Part shown: positions 24,492-34,695 of the stretch, piece after piece
How the letters are laid out: each line of letters begins with the position of its first letter
Position numbering within the stretch: the first letter of the stretch is position 1
NCBI GenBank assembly: GCA_035193785.1
Contig: CP136572.1
Span: 4,212,578-4,276,577, forward strand
DNA: 64,000 nucleotides
Source of the DNA: Planktothrix sp. GU0601_MAG3
GTDB taxonomy: Bacteria; Cyanobacteriota; Cyanobacteriia; Cyanobacteriales; Microcoleaceae
Direction: 5' to 3'
The notes under the pieces: generated by a model
What the model was told of the DNA's origin: nothing
What the model saw: only the letters and a program-made list of their open reading frames with translations
Database searches by the model: none
Translations under genes and position numbers: made by a program

Positions 24492-25109
24492 CTATTTAAT
24501 TTTTTGATTCAGAGCATTCTGGGCGATTTTAGTGATATAAATTGTAACAATGACCGTGGCAATTAAACCGATTCCATATAATAACCATTCCACCTGGGTA
24601 CGCGATCGCTCTCCCATTCCTAACTGGGCTAAACTTCCGATTAAAGATCCCACATAAACATATAAAATTGTACCGGGTAACATCCCAATCCAAGAGGCTA
24701 AAAAATAATCTTTTAAGGAAACATTCGTCAGTCCAAAGGCATAATTAAGTAAATTAAATGGAAAAATCGGAGACAGACGAGTTAAACCCACAATTTTCCA
24801 TCCCTCCTGACCCACCGCTTGATCAATTGCTTTAAAACTTTCGTAATTTTCGAGTTTTTTGGCAACCCAATCCCGGGCAAAATATCGTCCAATTAAAAAG
24901 GCAAAGGTAGCCCCAATTACCGAACCAATGGAAACATAAATTACACCCCAAAATACACCAAAAATAACTCCAGCACCTAACGTTAATATAGAACCCGGAA
25001 TAAATAATACTGTAGCTAAATTATAGATAATAATAAATGCTACTGGCCCCCAAAATCCCAGATTTGCCACCCAATCTAAGAGATTTTTTAATAATTCTTG
25101 AACGTCCAT
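24492..25109 (-). CDS. TVP38/TMEM64 (DedA superfamily) membrane protein
   Basis: IPGSILTLGAG, RLSPIFPFNLLNYAFG. Confidence 0.88.
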   Translation of the reverse strand: MDVQELLKNLLDWVANLGFWGPVAFIIIYNLATVLFIPGSILTLGAGVIFGVFWGVIYVSIGSVIGATFAFLIGRYFARDWVAKKLENYESFKAIDQAVGQEGWKIVGLTRLSPIFPFNLLNYAFGLTNVSLKDYFLASWIGMLPGTILYVYVGSLIGSLAQLGMGERSRTQVEWLLYGIGLIATVIVTIYITKIAQNALNQKIK

Positions 25110-25220
25110 TTTATTTCCCCAAGTATTTAAAATTATATCCCTGATCAGGTTAGTTTGGAAAACTTTTTTGTGTATTTATGGTTAAATTTGACTTTACACC
25201 TGTCAAGATCACCTATAATT

Positions 25221-26208
25221 TCAAACTAAAGAACCTCCACAACTAGAAACCACATCCGGCGGTACATCCATAACAATAGGAAGCTGTTTTTACGGTGTTA
25301 ATTAAATCTAAATTATTAGCATCTAATAAATCACTAACTGTTAATAATTTTCCCGAAGCATTCCGGGCGGGAATGTTTTCCATTTGGTTAAAATCACAAT
25401 CATAAATATAGCCCTGATAATCAATAGATAATTGATTTCGACACATTAAATTAGATACTGTTTCGGGATTATAATTAGATTCTAAAAACTCTAAATAGGA
25501 AGATTCTAATTTTTTCTGCTGTAAATAGGATTTGGTGCGCCCAATGGGTAAATTAGTAATCGTTAATAACTGATTAAAATGAATATCAAAATGTTGTTTT
25601 AAATAAGCTTTATACGCTTGTTCAAGTTGCAATTGTTCGGGGGGTAAGGTAAACTTTTCAGCCGTTGGTAAGGTGGGGTTATAAACCAAATCTAAGATTA
25701 ATTCCGGTATTTTACCATAGCCCAAACGGTTTAACCATTGAATCGCTTGAATGGAATCCTGATAGACTCCCTTTCCTCGCATTTTATCTACATTATCTTC
25801 TAAATAACAGGGCAAAGATGCAACAATTCTTAATTGATTATCTGCACAATATTCGGGGATATCTTCATAACCTGGGACAAAATAAATCGTTAAATTAGAC
25901 CTAACAATCACTTGTTTTCCAAGGTTTCTAGCTGCTTCTACTAAAGGTTTAAATCCATAATTCATTTCTGGAGCCCCTCCGGTTAAATCTACCGTTTGAA
26001 TTTGGGGAAAACGATTAATTAATTCAATCAATTGTAAACTAATCTCTAGGTCTAGTTCTTCGGTGCGTTTTGGCCCAGCTTCGACATGACAATGGTTACA
26101 AGCTAGATTACACCGTTTTCCTAAATTAATTTGTAATATTGTAATCGGTTGTTTGGTGAGGGGAAAACCGAGTTTTTGTGAAAACGGGGTCAGCGTTGTT
26201 TGAATCAT
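25221..26208 (-). CDS. arsS: Radical SAM protein, arsenosugar biosynthesis ArsS family (frameshift at 25246-25250)
   Basis: QINLGKRCNLACNHCHVEAGP, DLTGGAPE, YDCDFNQM, restored C-terminus CYGCTAGCGSSCGGSLV. Confidence 0.85.
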
Positions 26209-26303
26209 GAGTTAAATTGGGATTAACTGTAATATTTAGCTTCTGCTAATTTTAGCATAAGAATAGCGATATAATTTTATTAAAGATTAAATTTCTCATA
26301 TCA

Positions 26304-27675
26304 ATGTTACCTTTTTTATCGCGTATCCCGTCTTTACACCCGGAATCGAAATTTCTGACCGTCTGGGAAGCATTACTGGTTTTTGTCACCCTATATAACT
26401 GTTTTATTATTCCCTTTCGCATGGCGTTTAATGCCATAATTTTTGATTTTTGGTTTCTGATAGATTGTCTAGCAGACTTTATTTTAATTTTAGATATTTT
26501 TTTGAGATTTCATATTGGCTATATTGATGAGGGAGAAGTCGTCAAGGATAAACAAAAAATTAGCCATTATTATCGCAATACAGACTTTAAATCTAATCTA
26601 TTAGCGAGTTTACCTATCAATATATTGGTTTATTTGTTTTTCCCTCATACTTCTTTATTTTTAATCGGTTTATTTAGAATACCTAGACTTTTAAGGTTTC
26701 CTCAATGTTTCTTGATTTTCAAAAAATGGGACAATAATGTTTATTTTAATTCTGCTGTTATCCGAATGTTTGAATTATTAATTATTGTATTTTTAATTGA
26801 TCATTGGATAGCCTGTTTATGGTTTTTCATTGGGAATATAACTGGACAATCAGGAGAATCTTGGCTACAAATTGATGATTTATATTTAGAAAATACAACA
26901 ACACAATATTTGCATTCCTTGTATTGGTCAATCACAACTTTAACAACCGTAGGTTATGGTGATATTACGCCTCAAAATAATATCGAACTTATCTTTGCAT
27001 TTACAGTCATGTTTTTGGGGGCATCACTGTATGCCTTTATTATTGGGAATGTAGCAGCAATAATTGCTAATTTAGACGCCAGTAAAAACCGATTTCGAGA
27101 TAAATTAGGTCAAGTTCAATCCTATATGTGGGAAAGACAAATTCCCCGGTCTTTACAAAAAAACGTCTTGGATTATTACCAATATATGTGGGAATATAAT
27201 CGGGATGTTTCCATGGATTTTGAATTATTAGATGAACTCCCTCACTCCCTAAAAACCCAAATCTATTGTTATCTCTATCAAGAACTATTAGAAAAAGTTC
27301 CTATTTTCCAAGATGCTGAAACCCTGTTTTATTGAAGACTTAGTAATTAAATTAAAACCCAGAATTCTCCCCCCTAATGACTATGTAATTCGAGAAGACC
27401 AAATGGGTCAGGAAATGTACTTTGTAAAACGGGGACAACTGCAAGCCTTTTCTGAAAAAACCGGAAAAGTTTATAACGTCATGGCGGTGGGTTCCTTTTT
27501 TGGTGAAATTGCCTTACTTTATGATAGTCGTCGCACGGCTTCAGTGAAAACCTTAACTTATTGTGAGTTATTTGTTCTGTATAAGGAAGATTTCGATAAA
27601 GTCCTAAAAAATTATCCGAAATTCTCAGAAGAAATCAAACAAATCGCCGAAAAACGGTATCAGTCCCGGGAATAA
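26304..27675 (+). CDS. Cyclic nucleotide-gated K+ channel (frameshift at 27318-27322)
   Basis: TTVGYGD selectivity filter, C-linker, cNMP domain GSFFGEIALL..RRTASV. Confidence 0.9.
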
Positions 27676-27731
27676 TTTTCATTCAGTGATTAGCCCCATC
27701 AATTAGAGAAAAAATGCTAATCACTGATAAT

Positions 27732-28028
27732 TTATCGATTAATCGGCTGTTCCAATTGTGCCGGACGACCCGTAATATTAAATCTCTGCATCAAATACAA
27801 AACCCCCGCCGCCATAAACACTCCAATAATTAACCCAATTACCGTTAAAATAATAAACGAACGTTGAATAATTTCTAAGGTTCTAGGGTCATGTTTTATC
27901 CCTTTAACATCTTCAATTTCCTCAGAAACTTCACTAGGTTCAGGTTGGGGAAAGTGCAGTTTATTGGCGTTGCCATTTTGATTAAACGGGTCAGGATTAT
28001 TTGAGGGAAAATTCATAATCAAATCCAA
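27732..28028 (-). CDS. Small single-TM hypothetical protein
   Basis: ORF with one hydrophobic helix filling the gap between genes. Confidence 0.6.
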   Translation of the reverse strand: MDLIMNFPSNNPDPFNQNGNANKLHFPQPEPSEVSEEIEDVKGIKHDPRTLEIIQRSFIILTVIGLIIGVFMAAGVLYLMQRFNITGRPAQLEQPINR

Positions 28029-28098
28029 AATGATTTAAACCGTTAACTGATTCTATTATATAAATACTCGGACTTACTGAATTTCTTCTCTTTTAACC

Positions 28099-29125
28099 AT
28101 GACCTTCCTTTCCCCCGAATTAAAACAACGTTTATCCACACCCCTAAAAATTGGCACCGTAGAAGTTAACAGTCGTGTCCTCCAATCCCCCCTATCTGGT
28201 GTCACGGATTTGGTTTTTCGGCGCTTAGTGCGTCGCTACGCCCCCGACTCCATGATGTACACCGAAATGGTTCACGCCAGCGAAGTTTGTCATGTGCGGG
28301 GACTGCCGAAAATTATGGAAGTTGACCCCAACGAACGGCCAATTAGTATTCAATTATTCGATTGTCGCCCCGATTTTTTAGCCGAAGCTGCCCAAAAAGC
28401 CGTCCAGGAAGGGGCCGATACTATTGATATTAATATGGGTTGTCCTGTTAATAAAATTACTAAAAACGGCGGCGGGTCTTCGTTATTGCGACAACCGGAA
28501 ATGGCGGAAACTATTATGCGGTCAGTGGTGGCGGCCGTGGATGTGCCTGTCACCGTAAAAACCCGGATTGGTTGGAGTGATGAAGAAATCACGATTTTAG
28601 ATTTTGCCCGTAGAATGCAGGATGCGGGGGCAAAAATGATTACTATTCACGCCCGCACCCGCGCCCAGGGTTATAACGGTCAGGCCAAATGGGACTGGAT
28701 TCGACAGGTTAAGGAAACAGTTAGGGATTCCAGTTATTGCCAATGGCGATATTTTTTCTGTGGAAACGGCGATTCAATGTTTACAGGAAACCGGGGCTGA
28801 TGGGGTGATGTGTTCCCGGGGAACTCTGGGTTATCCGTTTTTAGTGGGAGAAATTGACTATTTTTTGAAGACGGGAGAATTTAAAACAATTCCCTCCGTA
28901 ATTGAACGGTTGCAATGTGCGAAAGAACACCTACAAGCCCTCTGGGAATATAAGGGTGAACGGGGAATTTATCAATCTCGAAAACATTTAACCTGGTATG
29001 CTAAAGGGTTTCCCGGGGCGCACGAATTACGGGATCATTTGGCCAGAATTGAAACCGTTGCTCAAGGATGGAAATTATTAGATGATGCAATAAATCAGTT
29101 ATCCCAGAACAGTTTTGTGGCTTAG
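28099..29125 (+). CDS. dusB: tRNA-dihydrouridine synthase (frameshift at 28714-28718)
   Basis: IDINMGCP, VTVKTRIGW, HARTR, restored IPVIANGDI, GVMCSRG. Confidence 0.92.
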
Positions 29126-29180
29126 AAAACTTTAGAATCAGAATAGCGTTGATCCCTTTCAATCTTTGAATTGGGTTTGA

Positions 29181-29220
29181 GATCTCCCTAAATCCCCCTT
29201 TTTCATGGGTTAGGGGGGAT
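29181..29220. repeat. Truncated copy of the GATC-CCCCTAAATCCCCCTT REPIN-like element
   Basis: gatctccctaaatccccctt...gggttaggggggat. Confidence 0.6.
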
Positions 29221-29267
29221 AAATCGGCGGTGAAATTAACATAATTGTTAGCAATTTAGGACGAATC

Positions 29268-30191
29268 ATGGAAACATTAAAAGGACGGGATTTTTTGAGT
29301 TTGGCGGATGTTAGTATTGAGGAACTTCATTTTCTATTAGATTTAGCGACCAAATTAAAATCAGGAATGGTCAAATTGCGTCGCAATAAAGTCTTGGGAT
29401 TAATATTTTCTAAAGCTTCAACTCGAACCCGGGTTAGTTTTACCGTTGCCATGTATCAATTGGGGGGTCAAGTGATTGATTTAAACCCGAATGTTACCCA
29501 AGTAAGTCGGGGAGAACCATTAATAGATACGGCTAGGGTATTAGATCGATATTTGGATATTACGGCTATTCGTACCTTTGAACAAAAGGATTTAGAAACC
29601 TTTGCTAATTATGCGGAAATTCCGGTAATTAACGCGCTAACAGATTGGGAGCATCCCTGTCAAGTTTTAGCGGATTTAATGACAGTTCAAGAATGTTTTG
29701 GAACCTTAGAGGGTTTAACTTTAAGTTATTTTGGGGATGGGGCAAATAATATGGCGCATTCCTTATTATTAGGCTGCGCCATGGTGGGAATGAACGTTAG
29801 AATTGCTACCCCAGCTAACTATTTACCCAATGCAGATATTGTTGAACAAGCCAAAGATATTGCTAAGGGAAAAACCGAGGTAATTGTTACCGAAGATCCT
29901 ATTCAAGCGGCAAAAGATGCAAATGTTGTTTATACAGATGTTTGGGCAAGTATGGGACAGGAAGAAGAAGCCAGAGCTAGAATTCCTCTGTTTCAACCCT
30001 ATCAAGTCAATAGTAAATTAATGGAAAAAACCGCCGATAATTCGATTGTTTTACATTGTTTACCCGCCCACCGAGATGAGGAAATTACCGATGAAGTTAT
30101 CGAAGGATTTCGTTCAAAAGTTTGGGATGAAGCGGAAAACAGAATGCACGTTCAGAAGGCATTATTAGCCGCATTATTAGGAGATGATTAA
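29268..30191 (+). CDS. argF: Ornithine carbamoyltransferase
   Basis: STRTRVSF, HPCQ, YTDVWASMG, HCLP, AENR. Confidence 0.96.
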   Translation: METLKGRDFLSLADVSIEELHFLLDLATKLKSGMVKLRRNKVLGLIFSKASTRTRVSFTVAMYQLGGQVIDLNPNVTQVSRGEPLIDTARVLDRYLDITAIRTFEQKDLETFANYAEIPVINALTDWEHPCQVLADLMTVQECFGTLEGLTLSYFGDGANNMAHSLLLGCAMVGMNVRIATPANYLPNADIVEQAKDIAKGKTEVIVTEDPIQAAKDANVVYTDVWASMGQEEEARARIPLFQPYQVNSKLMEKTADNSIVLHCLPAHRDEEITDEVIEGFRSKVWDEAENRMHVQKALLAALLGDD

Positions 30192-30206
30192 CTGAAAAAA
30201 AAGCTG

Positions 30207-30875
30207 GCGATCGCTTACCTCTTAAAGCCCCCCTTATCAAGGGGGTTTGGGGGGATCAACCCCAATAAATGATAACAAACCCCCTCAAAATTCTGCAACA
30301 CCTCAACATTTGTGAACCGGATTACTCTTAACCCATATCCTTCTAAAATGGCCGTTCTTTCTGCATCATATAGTTTCCCTTGTTCCGTAAAATGACTCTC
30401 CCCATCTATCTCAATCACCAATTTCAAAGCAGCACAATAAAAATCGACAATAAAATTATCAATGGGTCTTTGTCTCAACACCCGAAACGGAAAATTTCTC
30501 AAAAAATCTTGCCAAAGTTTACGTTTCCGCAGGGGTGGTATTTTGTCGCAGTTGTTGAGCAATGGGTGTCAGTTTAGAATTATAAGGAAGATGGAAGTTA
30601 GAGTTATTGAATCTGGGCATGATCCCCCCTAGCCCCCTTGAGAAGGGGGGGACAAGATGTTAGTTAGTAGGAATTATAGGTTAAGTTGAGGGGGGAATAA
30701 GATGTTGATGGTAATTTGTGTTAAAGAGAGCGATCGCTTACCTCTTTCTTAAAGCCCCCCTTCTCAAGGGGGGTTGGGGGGATCTCCACTTATATTACCC
30801 AAAGAAGATCCCCCCTAGCCCCCCTTCCCAAGGGGGGGACAAGAAGAAGATCCCCCCTAGCCCCCCTTCCCAAGG
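30207..30875. repeat. REPIN-like palindromic array, left part; it flanks the DUF559 gene and is interrupted by ISAs1
   Basis: Hairpins GATCCCCCCTAGCCCCCCTT-nnn-AAGGGGGG start at 30621, 30807 and 30849; inverted hairpins end at 30257 and 30784; internal HIP1. Confidence 0.85.
30215..30620 (-). CDS. DUF559 / Vsr-like endonuclease (frameshift at 30523-30527)
   Basis: Restored protein MPRFNNSNFHLPYNSKLTPIAQQLRQNTTPAERKLW..RQRPIDNFIVDFYC..LVIEIDGESH..DAERT..G..VIRFTN. Confidence 0.85.
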
Positions 30876-32301
30876 CAGGGGGTTTTCATTTTCAAAAATG
30901 CGATCGCTATATTCAAAAAAAATCATCAAATTTTCCGGCAAAATTCTCTCTAATTTTTATTAGATAATTTGGAAATATTAAAAATAAACGATTTTAATAT
31001 TTGTTAACAGCAAAAGATAGCCATTGTCTTGATTAATAAGACTTTATGGCTATTTATTATTAAATATTTTTAATGTTTTTTGTGAAGAATAGTTTTAAAA
31101 ACTTAATTAATTCAGGCGATCGCTAAAATTTTCTCCCAATTATTTCCTAACCATGACTGTCCCTCTTTTATTGAGACAAATCCCAAACTTCTGTATATAT
31201 TCAAAATTAATGTTACTAATAACGAGAATTTCCCCGCTACGTCTATCCCTTTTATTCTTGATTTATCTTCATTAAAATTTACATCTTTGACCCAATGTAC
31301 TTGATTTTCAATTAACCAATGTGCTTTAATTTTTTCTGCAAATGTTTTCGCACTTAATTTCTGACTACTAATATAATATAAAGTCTCATTATATTCTTGA
31401 TCACCCCGAAAACCTGTTCTTTCTACCTGAATAAAACTTTGAAGATGAGGATAATTTTTATGGTTCACATTTTGGCTATCAAATACTGATACTTTTCTGC
31501 TAATATTTCGTACATGACTGAAATCTTTTTCTTCATATACTGTTAAAGGTTTCTCGACTTTTACTAATTTTTTGATCTGCTTGTGCAATTTCATTTGATT
31601 GCCTTTCACCGTAATTAAATAATCATTTTTGCTTTCAATTATTGCCTGAGTTGTTTCCTTACTACAATGGAGAGCATCGAGAGTAAATACTTTATTTAAT
31701 AACCCACATTCCTCTATCATAGAGAGAACTTTGGCGTTTTCAGAACTCTGTTTACTTTCAAAACTTTCCGATTTAATTACCAACTTTGTTTCTTGACTAA
31801 ACCAAGATACCATTATTAACATATTTTGTTTTTGATTTTCATAGTTAGTCAGGGTATTTTTTAAAGATTTTCCATCGATCGCAATCCAATCAACGCCTTC
31901 TTTTTGCCAGTAATATTTCTGGACTGTTGACTGAAACATTAACTGAATTTCTATTAGATTTATCCCAATCATTACTCGTCTAATTGTACTATAAGATGGC
32001 AATTTTTTAGCCTTAATTTCTAATAATTTAATTAGCTTATCTTCTTCATTTTTTCTAAAATTATCTATTTGCTTATAAGTAACATTGCCAGTTAGCAGTG
32101 CCAAAATAATAATAGTCAACACCACCCATAATTCATGTCTTTTGCCACGATTTTTCCGAAAATCCTTGACTAACTTCAGTTGTTCAATTATACTGTTTAA
32201 CATGACTTTTTTAAAACCAAATAAAAGTGATCTCTTTTTAATTTTACTGAAAAAAGATCACTTTTATTTTCTTTTTTACCCCCGACTTTGAAAACACCCT
32301 G
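30876..32301 (-). mobile_element. ISAs1-family insertion sequence, 1426 bp, with a 10-bp target-site duplication
   Basis: Terminal IRs CAGGGGGTTTTCA / CAGGGTGTTTTCA (reverse complement of right end); CTTCCCAAGG at 30866-30875 and 32302-32311. Confidence 0.92.
31112..32203 (-). CDS. ISAs1-family DDE transposase
   Basis: D.R..RGKRH, PSYSTIRRV, IAIDGK, TLDALHC, VKGNQ, HWLIENQVHWVKDVNFNED. Confidence 0.93.
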   Translation of the reverse strand: MLNSIIEQLKLVKDFRKNRGKRHELWVVLTIIILALLTGNVTYKQIDNFRKNEEDKLIKLLEIKAKKLPSYSTIRRVMIGINLIEIQLMFQSTVQKYYWQKEGVDWIAIDGKSLKNTLTNYENQKQNMLIMVSWFSQETKLVIKSESFESKQSSENAKVLSMIEECGLLNKVFTLDALHCSKETTQAIIESKNDYLITVKGNQMKLHKQIKKLVKVEKPLTVYEEKDFSHVRNISRKVSVFDSQNVNHKNYPHLQSFIQVERTGFRGDQEYNETLYYISSQKLSAKTFAEKIKAHWLIENQVHWVKDVNFNEDKSRIKGIDVAGKFSLLVTLILNIYRSLGFVSIKEGQSWLGNNWEKILAIA

Positions 32302-32398
32302 CTTCCCAAGGGGGGGACAAGATGTTAGTAGGAATTATAGGTTAAGTTGAGGGGGGAATAAGATGTTGATCGCAATTTGTGTTAAAGAGGGCGATCGC
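32302..32398. repeat. Continuation of the REPIN-like unit after the IS, ending at HIP1
   Basis: ..AAGGGGGGGACAAGATGTTAGTAGGAATTATAGG..GCGATCGC, nearly identical to the other units. Confidence 0.85.
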
Positions 32399-32458
32399 TC
32401 TTTGTGTTTTCGTCAATATTAAAATTATAGGTTTTGGGGCGATATTTAAGAAATAATT

Positions 32459-32668
32459 TCAGACATTGACTGAAAAACTCCCAGCCTCAGCATCCTTAAT
32501 TGCCTGCCTTAATCTCACCAAACGCCTTTGTCTACTATCATTTTCCAACTGCATCGTAATATCTTCCAATTCCAGAGTCGCGGCTTCCATCGCTAAACGA
32601 CTGCGGCGCAAATTAGCCAATAATCTCTTGGCTGTTTCAGGGTCAGGAATACGCGGTTGGCTATTCAT
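32459..32668 (-). CDS. Small hypothetical protein, translationally coupled to the upstream gene
   Basis: ATG 32666-32668 overlaps the TGA 32665-32667 of the upstream ORF (ATGA). Confidence 0.65.
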   Translation of the reverse strand: MNSQPRIPDPETAKRLLANLRRSRLAMEAATLELEDITMQLENDSRQRRLVRLRQAIKDAEAGSFSVNV

Positions 32669-33009
32669 GGCAAATTCCACTCCGTTTTCACTTCTTGAAT
32701 ACTCCGTTCCATTGCCGGAATTTCCATCTGGATGCGTTCAATAGATTGGTTTACTAAGTTTAGCATATCAGCCGAAATCGTGGGTTGAGACTCAGCTATG
32801 CGTAACTGAAAATTAGACAACCGAGAAAACCAAGGTGCAGCACGTTCAGCCACACTTTTTAATTCATCCAGAAATGGGATTGTATCACTCGTTTCTCCAA
32901 ACAGTTCAAACAGAGTCAATTCTGCGGCTGTTGCTGCATCAATAATCTCTAGTAACTGGCGTTTTAAATTCCAGATAATTTCTGCAAGTTCATTGGGAAA
33001 TTTTGCCAT
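32665..33009 (-). CDS. Helical hypothetical protein (114 aa)
   Basis: GAGG SD, ATG start, coupled to the downstream ORF. Confidence 0.75.
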   Translation of the reverse strand: MAKFPNELAEIIWNLKRQLLEIIDAATAAELTLFELFGETSDTIPFLDELKSVAERAAPWFSRLSNFQLRIAESQPTISADMLNLVNQSIERIQMEIPAMERSIQEVKTEWNLP

Positions 33010-33279
33010 ATTTACACATTCCTCATAACTCCTTAATTATTGTAAGTCTAATTGTAACTTACTGATTGTTTTATTTACCGTTGATAAAATTCAATTTGAC
33101 TATTTTTGGGGATGGGAAGGCGCGATCGCTTTTCACCTTACATATTGCTCAAATTAGTTGTTTTTCCTAATCATTTATTCTAACAAAATCGGAGGGCTTT
33201 TATCATGGAAAACTTGCTTATTGTCAATCGTTTCATCCCTAAATGTGCCACAAGATTAACAGCAGGTTTATCCAGAGAA

Positions 33280-33598
33280 GATCCCCCCTAGCCCCCCTTA
33301 AAAAGGGGGGGATAAGATGTTAGGAGGAATTATAGGTTAAGTTGAGGAGGGATAGGATGTTGATGGCAATTTGTGTTAAAGAGAGCGATCGCTTACTTCT
33401 TAAAGCCCCCCTTCTCAAGGGGGGTTTGGGGGGATCTCCACTTATATTACCCGAAGAAGATCCCCCCTAGCCCCCCTTCCCAAGGGGGGGACAAGATGTT
33501 AGTAGGAATTATAAGTTAAGTTGAGGGGGGAATAAGATGTTGATGGTAATTTGTGTTAAAGAGGGCGATCGCTTACCTCTTAAAGCCCCCCTTCCCAA
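33280..33598. repeat. REPIN-like palindromic array, right part (two tandem units, period 179 bp)
   Basis: Units start at GATC 33280 and 33459; each has hairpin, conserved spacer, HIP1 and inverted hairpin (the last one truncated). Confidence 0.88.
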
Positions 33599-33627
33599 CC
33601 GACAATCAATTAGAATTTCTCGATGTT

Positions 33628-34069
33628 CTATTCTAAACCTGCGTAAGTATTTGTTGGTTCCTCCGTTGATTCTGCGATGGTGCTTTGACGTTTTTCTAAG
33701 AAAATAATTGGCTTTTGAGTGGGATCAATTCGGTTCCCTTGTTCCTGCATAATACTTTTAGTTTGCTGGGGATCAAAATAGCGAGTAAATTCTTCCCTTT
33801 CTTTGATCACTCTTTCCTCTGTCATTTTCACCTCAGCCCGAATATCCTGAAGTTTTTCCGAGGCGGAAACGATGTTGGGGCAAAATCTGAATTAAGGCAG
33901 AGAGGGCAAACGCAGATAAAACCAGATTGACACCTAACTTGACGGTCGTTTCAACCGTAAGTAAGCCCGGGTGATGAATCGGTCGCCGCCCAGAAGTTCG
34001 ACGCGCACGGGGACGGCGAGAAGGGGAAACGGATGGAATAACTTGGGGAACAGGTCGAATCACAGACAT
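33628..34069 (-). CDS. Slr1601-like putative cell-division protein (frameshift at 33866-33870)
   Basis: TM helix, coiled coil and F.RYFDPQQ..SIMQEQ; adjacent to psaM. Confidence 0.7.
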
Positions 34070-34320
34070 GATCTTTTCACTAACGTCACAACGCGCGGGA
34101 CACCAACAGTGGGAGCGGTTTCTAGCTTTCCCCAAAACCGGTTAAGAATTAACATCCGATGCGGATTCCTATAAAAAACTGTCCCGACACCGTTACCGAG
34201 TTAACAAACAATACTTTATCCCATTTGGGGTGAATTGTCTGCTATTTGGGCTGTTTTGTCGAGACAGATTTAGAAATTGACCCGTTACCAGTGAATTTTC
34301 ACTAATAAGTTTGAAATTTT

Positions 34321-34416
34321 CTATTTATACAGTTCGGTCGCCAAACGGAAGGCCAAAATTCCAGGGATCAAGGCAACAACCAAGGCAATATAAACCTGAG
34401 TATCTGTTAATGCCAT
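34321..34416 (-). CDS. psaM: Photosystem I subunit XII (not in ORF track)
   Basis: Translates MALTDTQVYIALVVALIPGILAFRLATELYK; AAGGAG SD. Confidence 0.96.
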   Translation of the reverse strand: MALTDTQVYIALVVALIPGILAFRLATELYK

Positions 34417-34544
34417 TGTTGAATAGCTCCTTTCATAATTTGAGATAATCGTTAACTAATGTCAACTAATTTGGGCATTTTGGGAAGGGTATCGTAACAA
34501 AAAGTTGAAAAGGGAAAGGTATTGACGCTTAATAAGCAACGACA

Positions 34545-34624
34545 CCCCACTCCCCCTACCTCCCCTACCTCCCCTGCTCCCCCTGCCTCCCCTGCTCCCC
34601 CTGCTCCCCCTGCCCTCCCCTGCT
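34545..34624. repeat. C-rich 8-9-mer tandem repeat (CTCCCCTAC/CTCCCCCTG)
   Basis: Read directly; same family as 52448-52595. Confidence 0.85.
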
Positions 34625-34695
34625 CAATCGGCGACAAAGATGGCAAACTCTAATATAATTTTAGATTATGACACTATAGGAATCATAAATCGTTA

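Noticed and set aside
25221..25260. Selenocysteine or truncated C-terminus in ArsS
   Set aside because: Removing the extra base at the GTTTC site gives an ordinary Cys-containing end GCGSSCGGSLV
30718..30963. 81-aa ORF
   Set aside because: It is a translation of repeat hairpins and the IS end
30621..33598. CRISPR array
   Set aside because: Units are ~180 bp with conserved rather than unique spacers, and no cas genes are present
34452..34646. Gly/Ala-rich 64-aa ORF
   Set aside because: Derived from the C-rich tandem repeat
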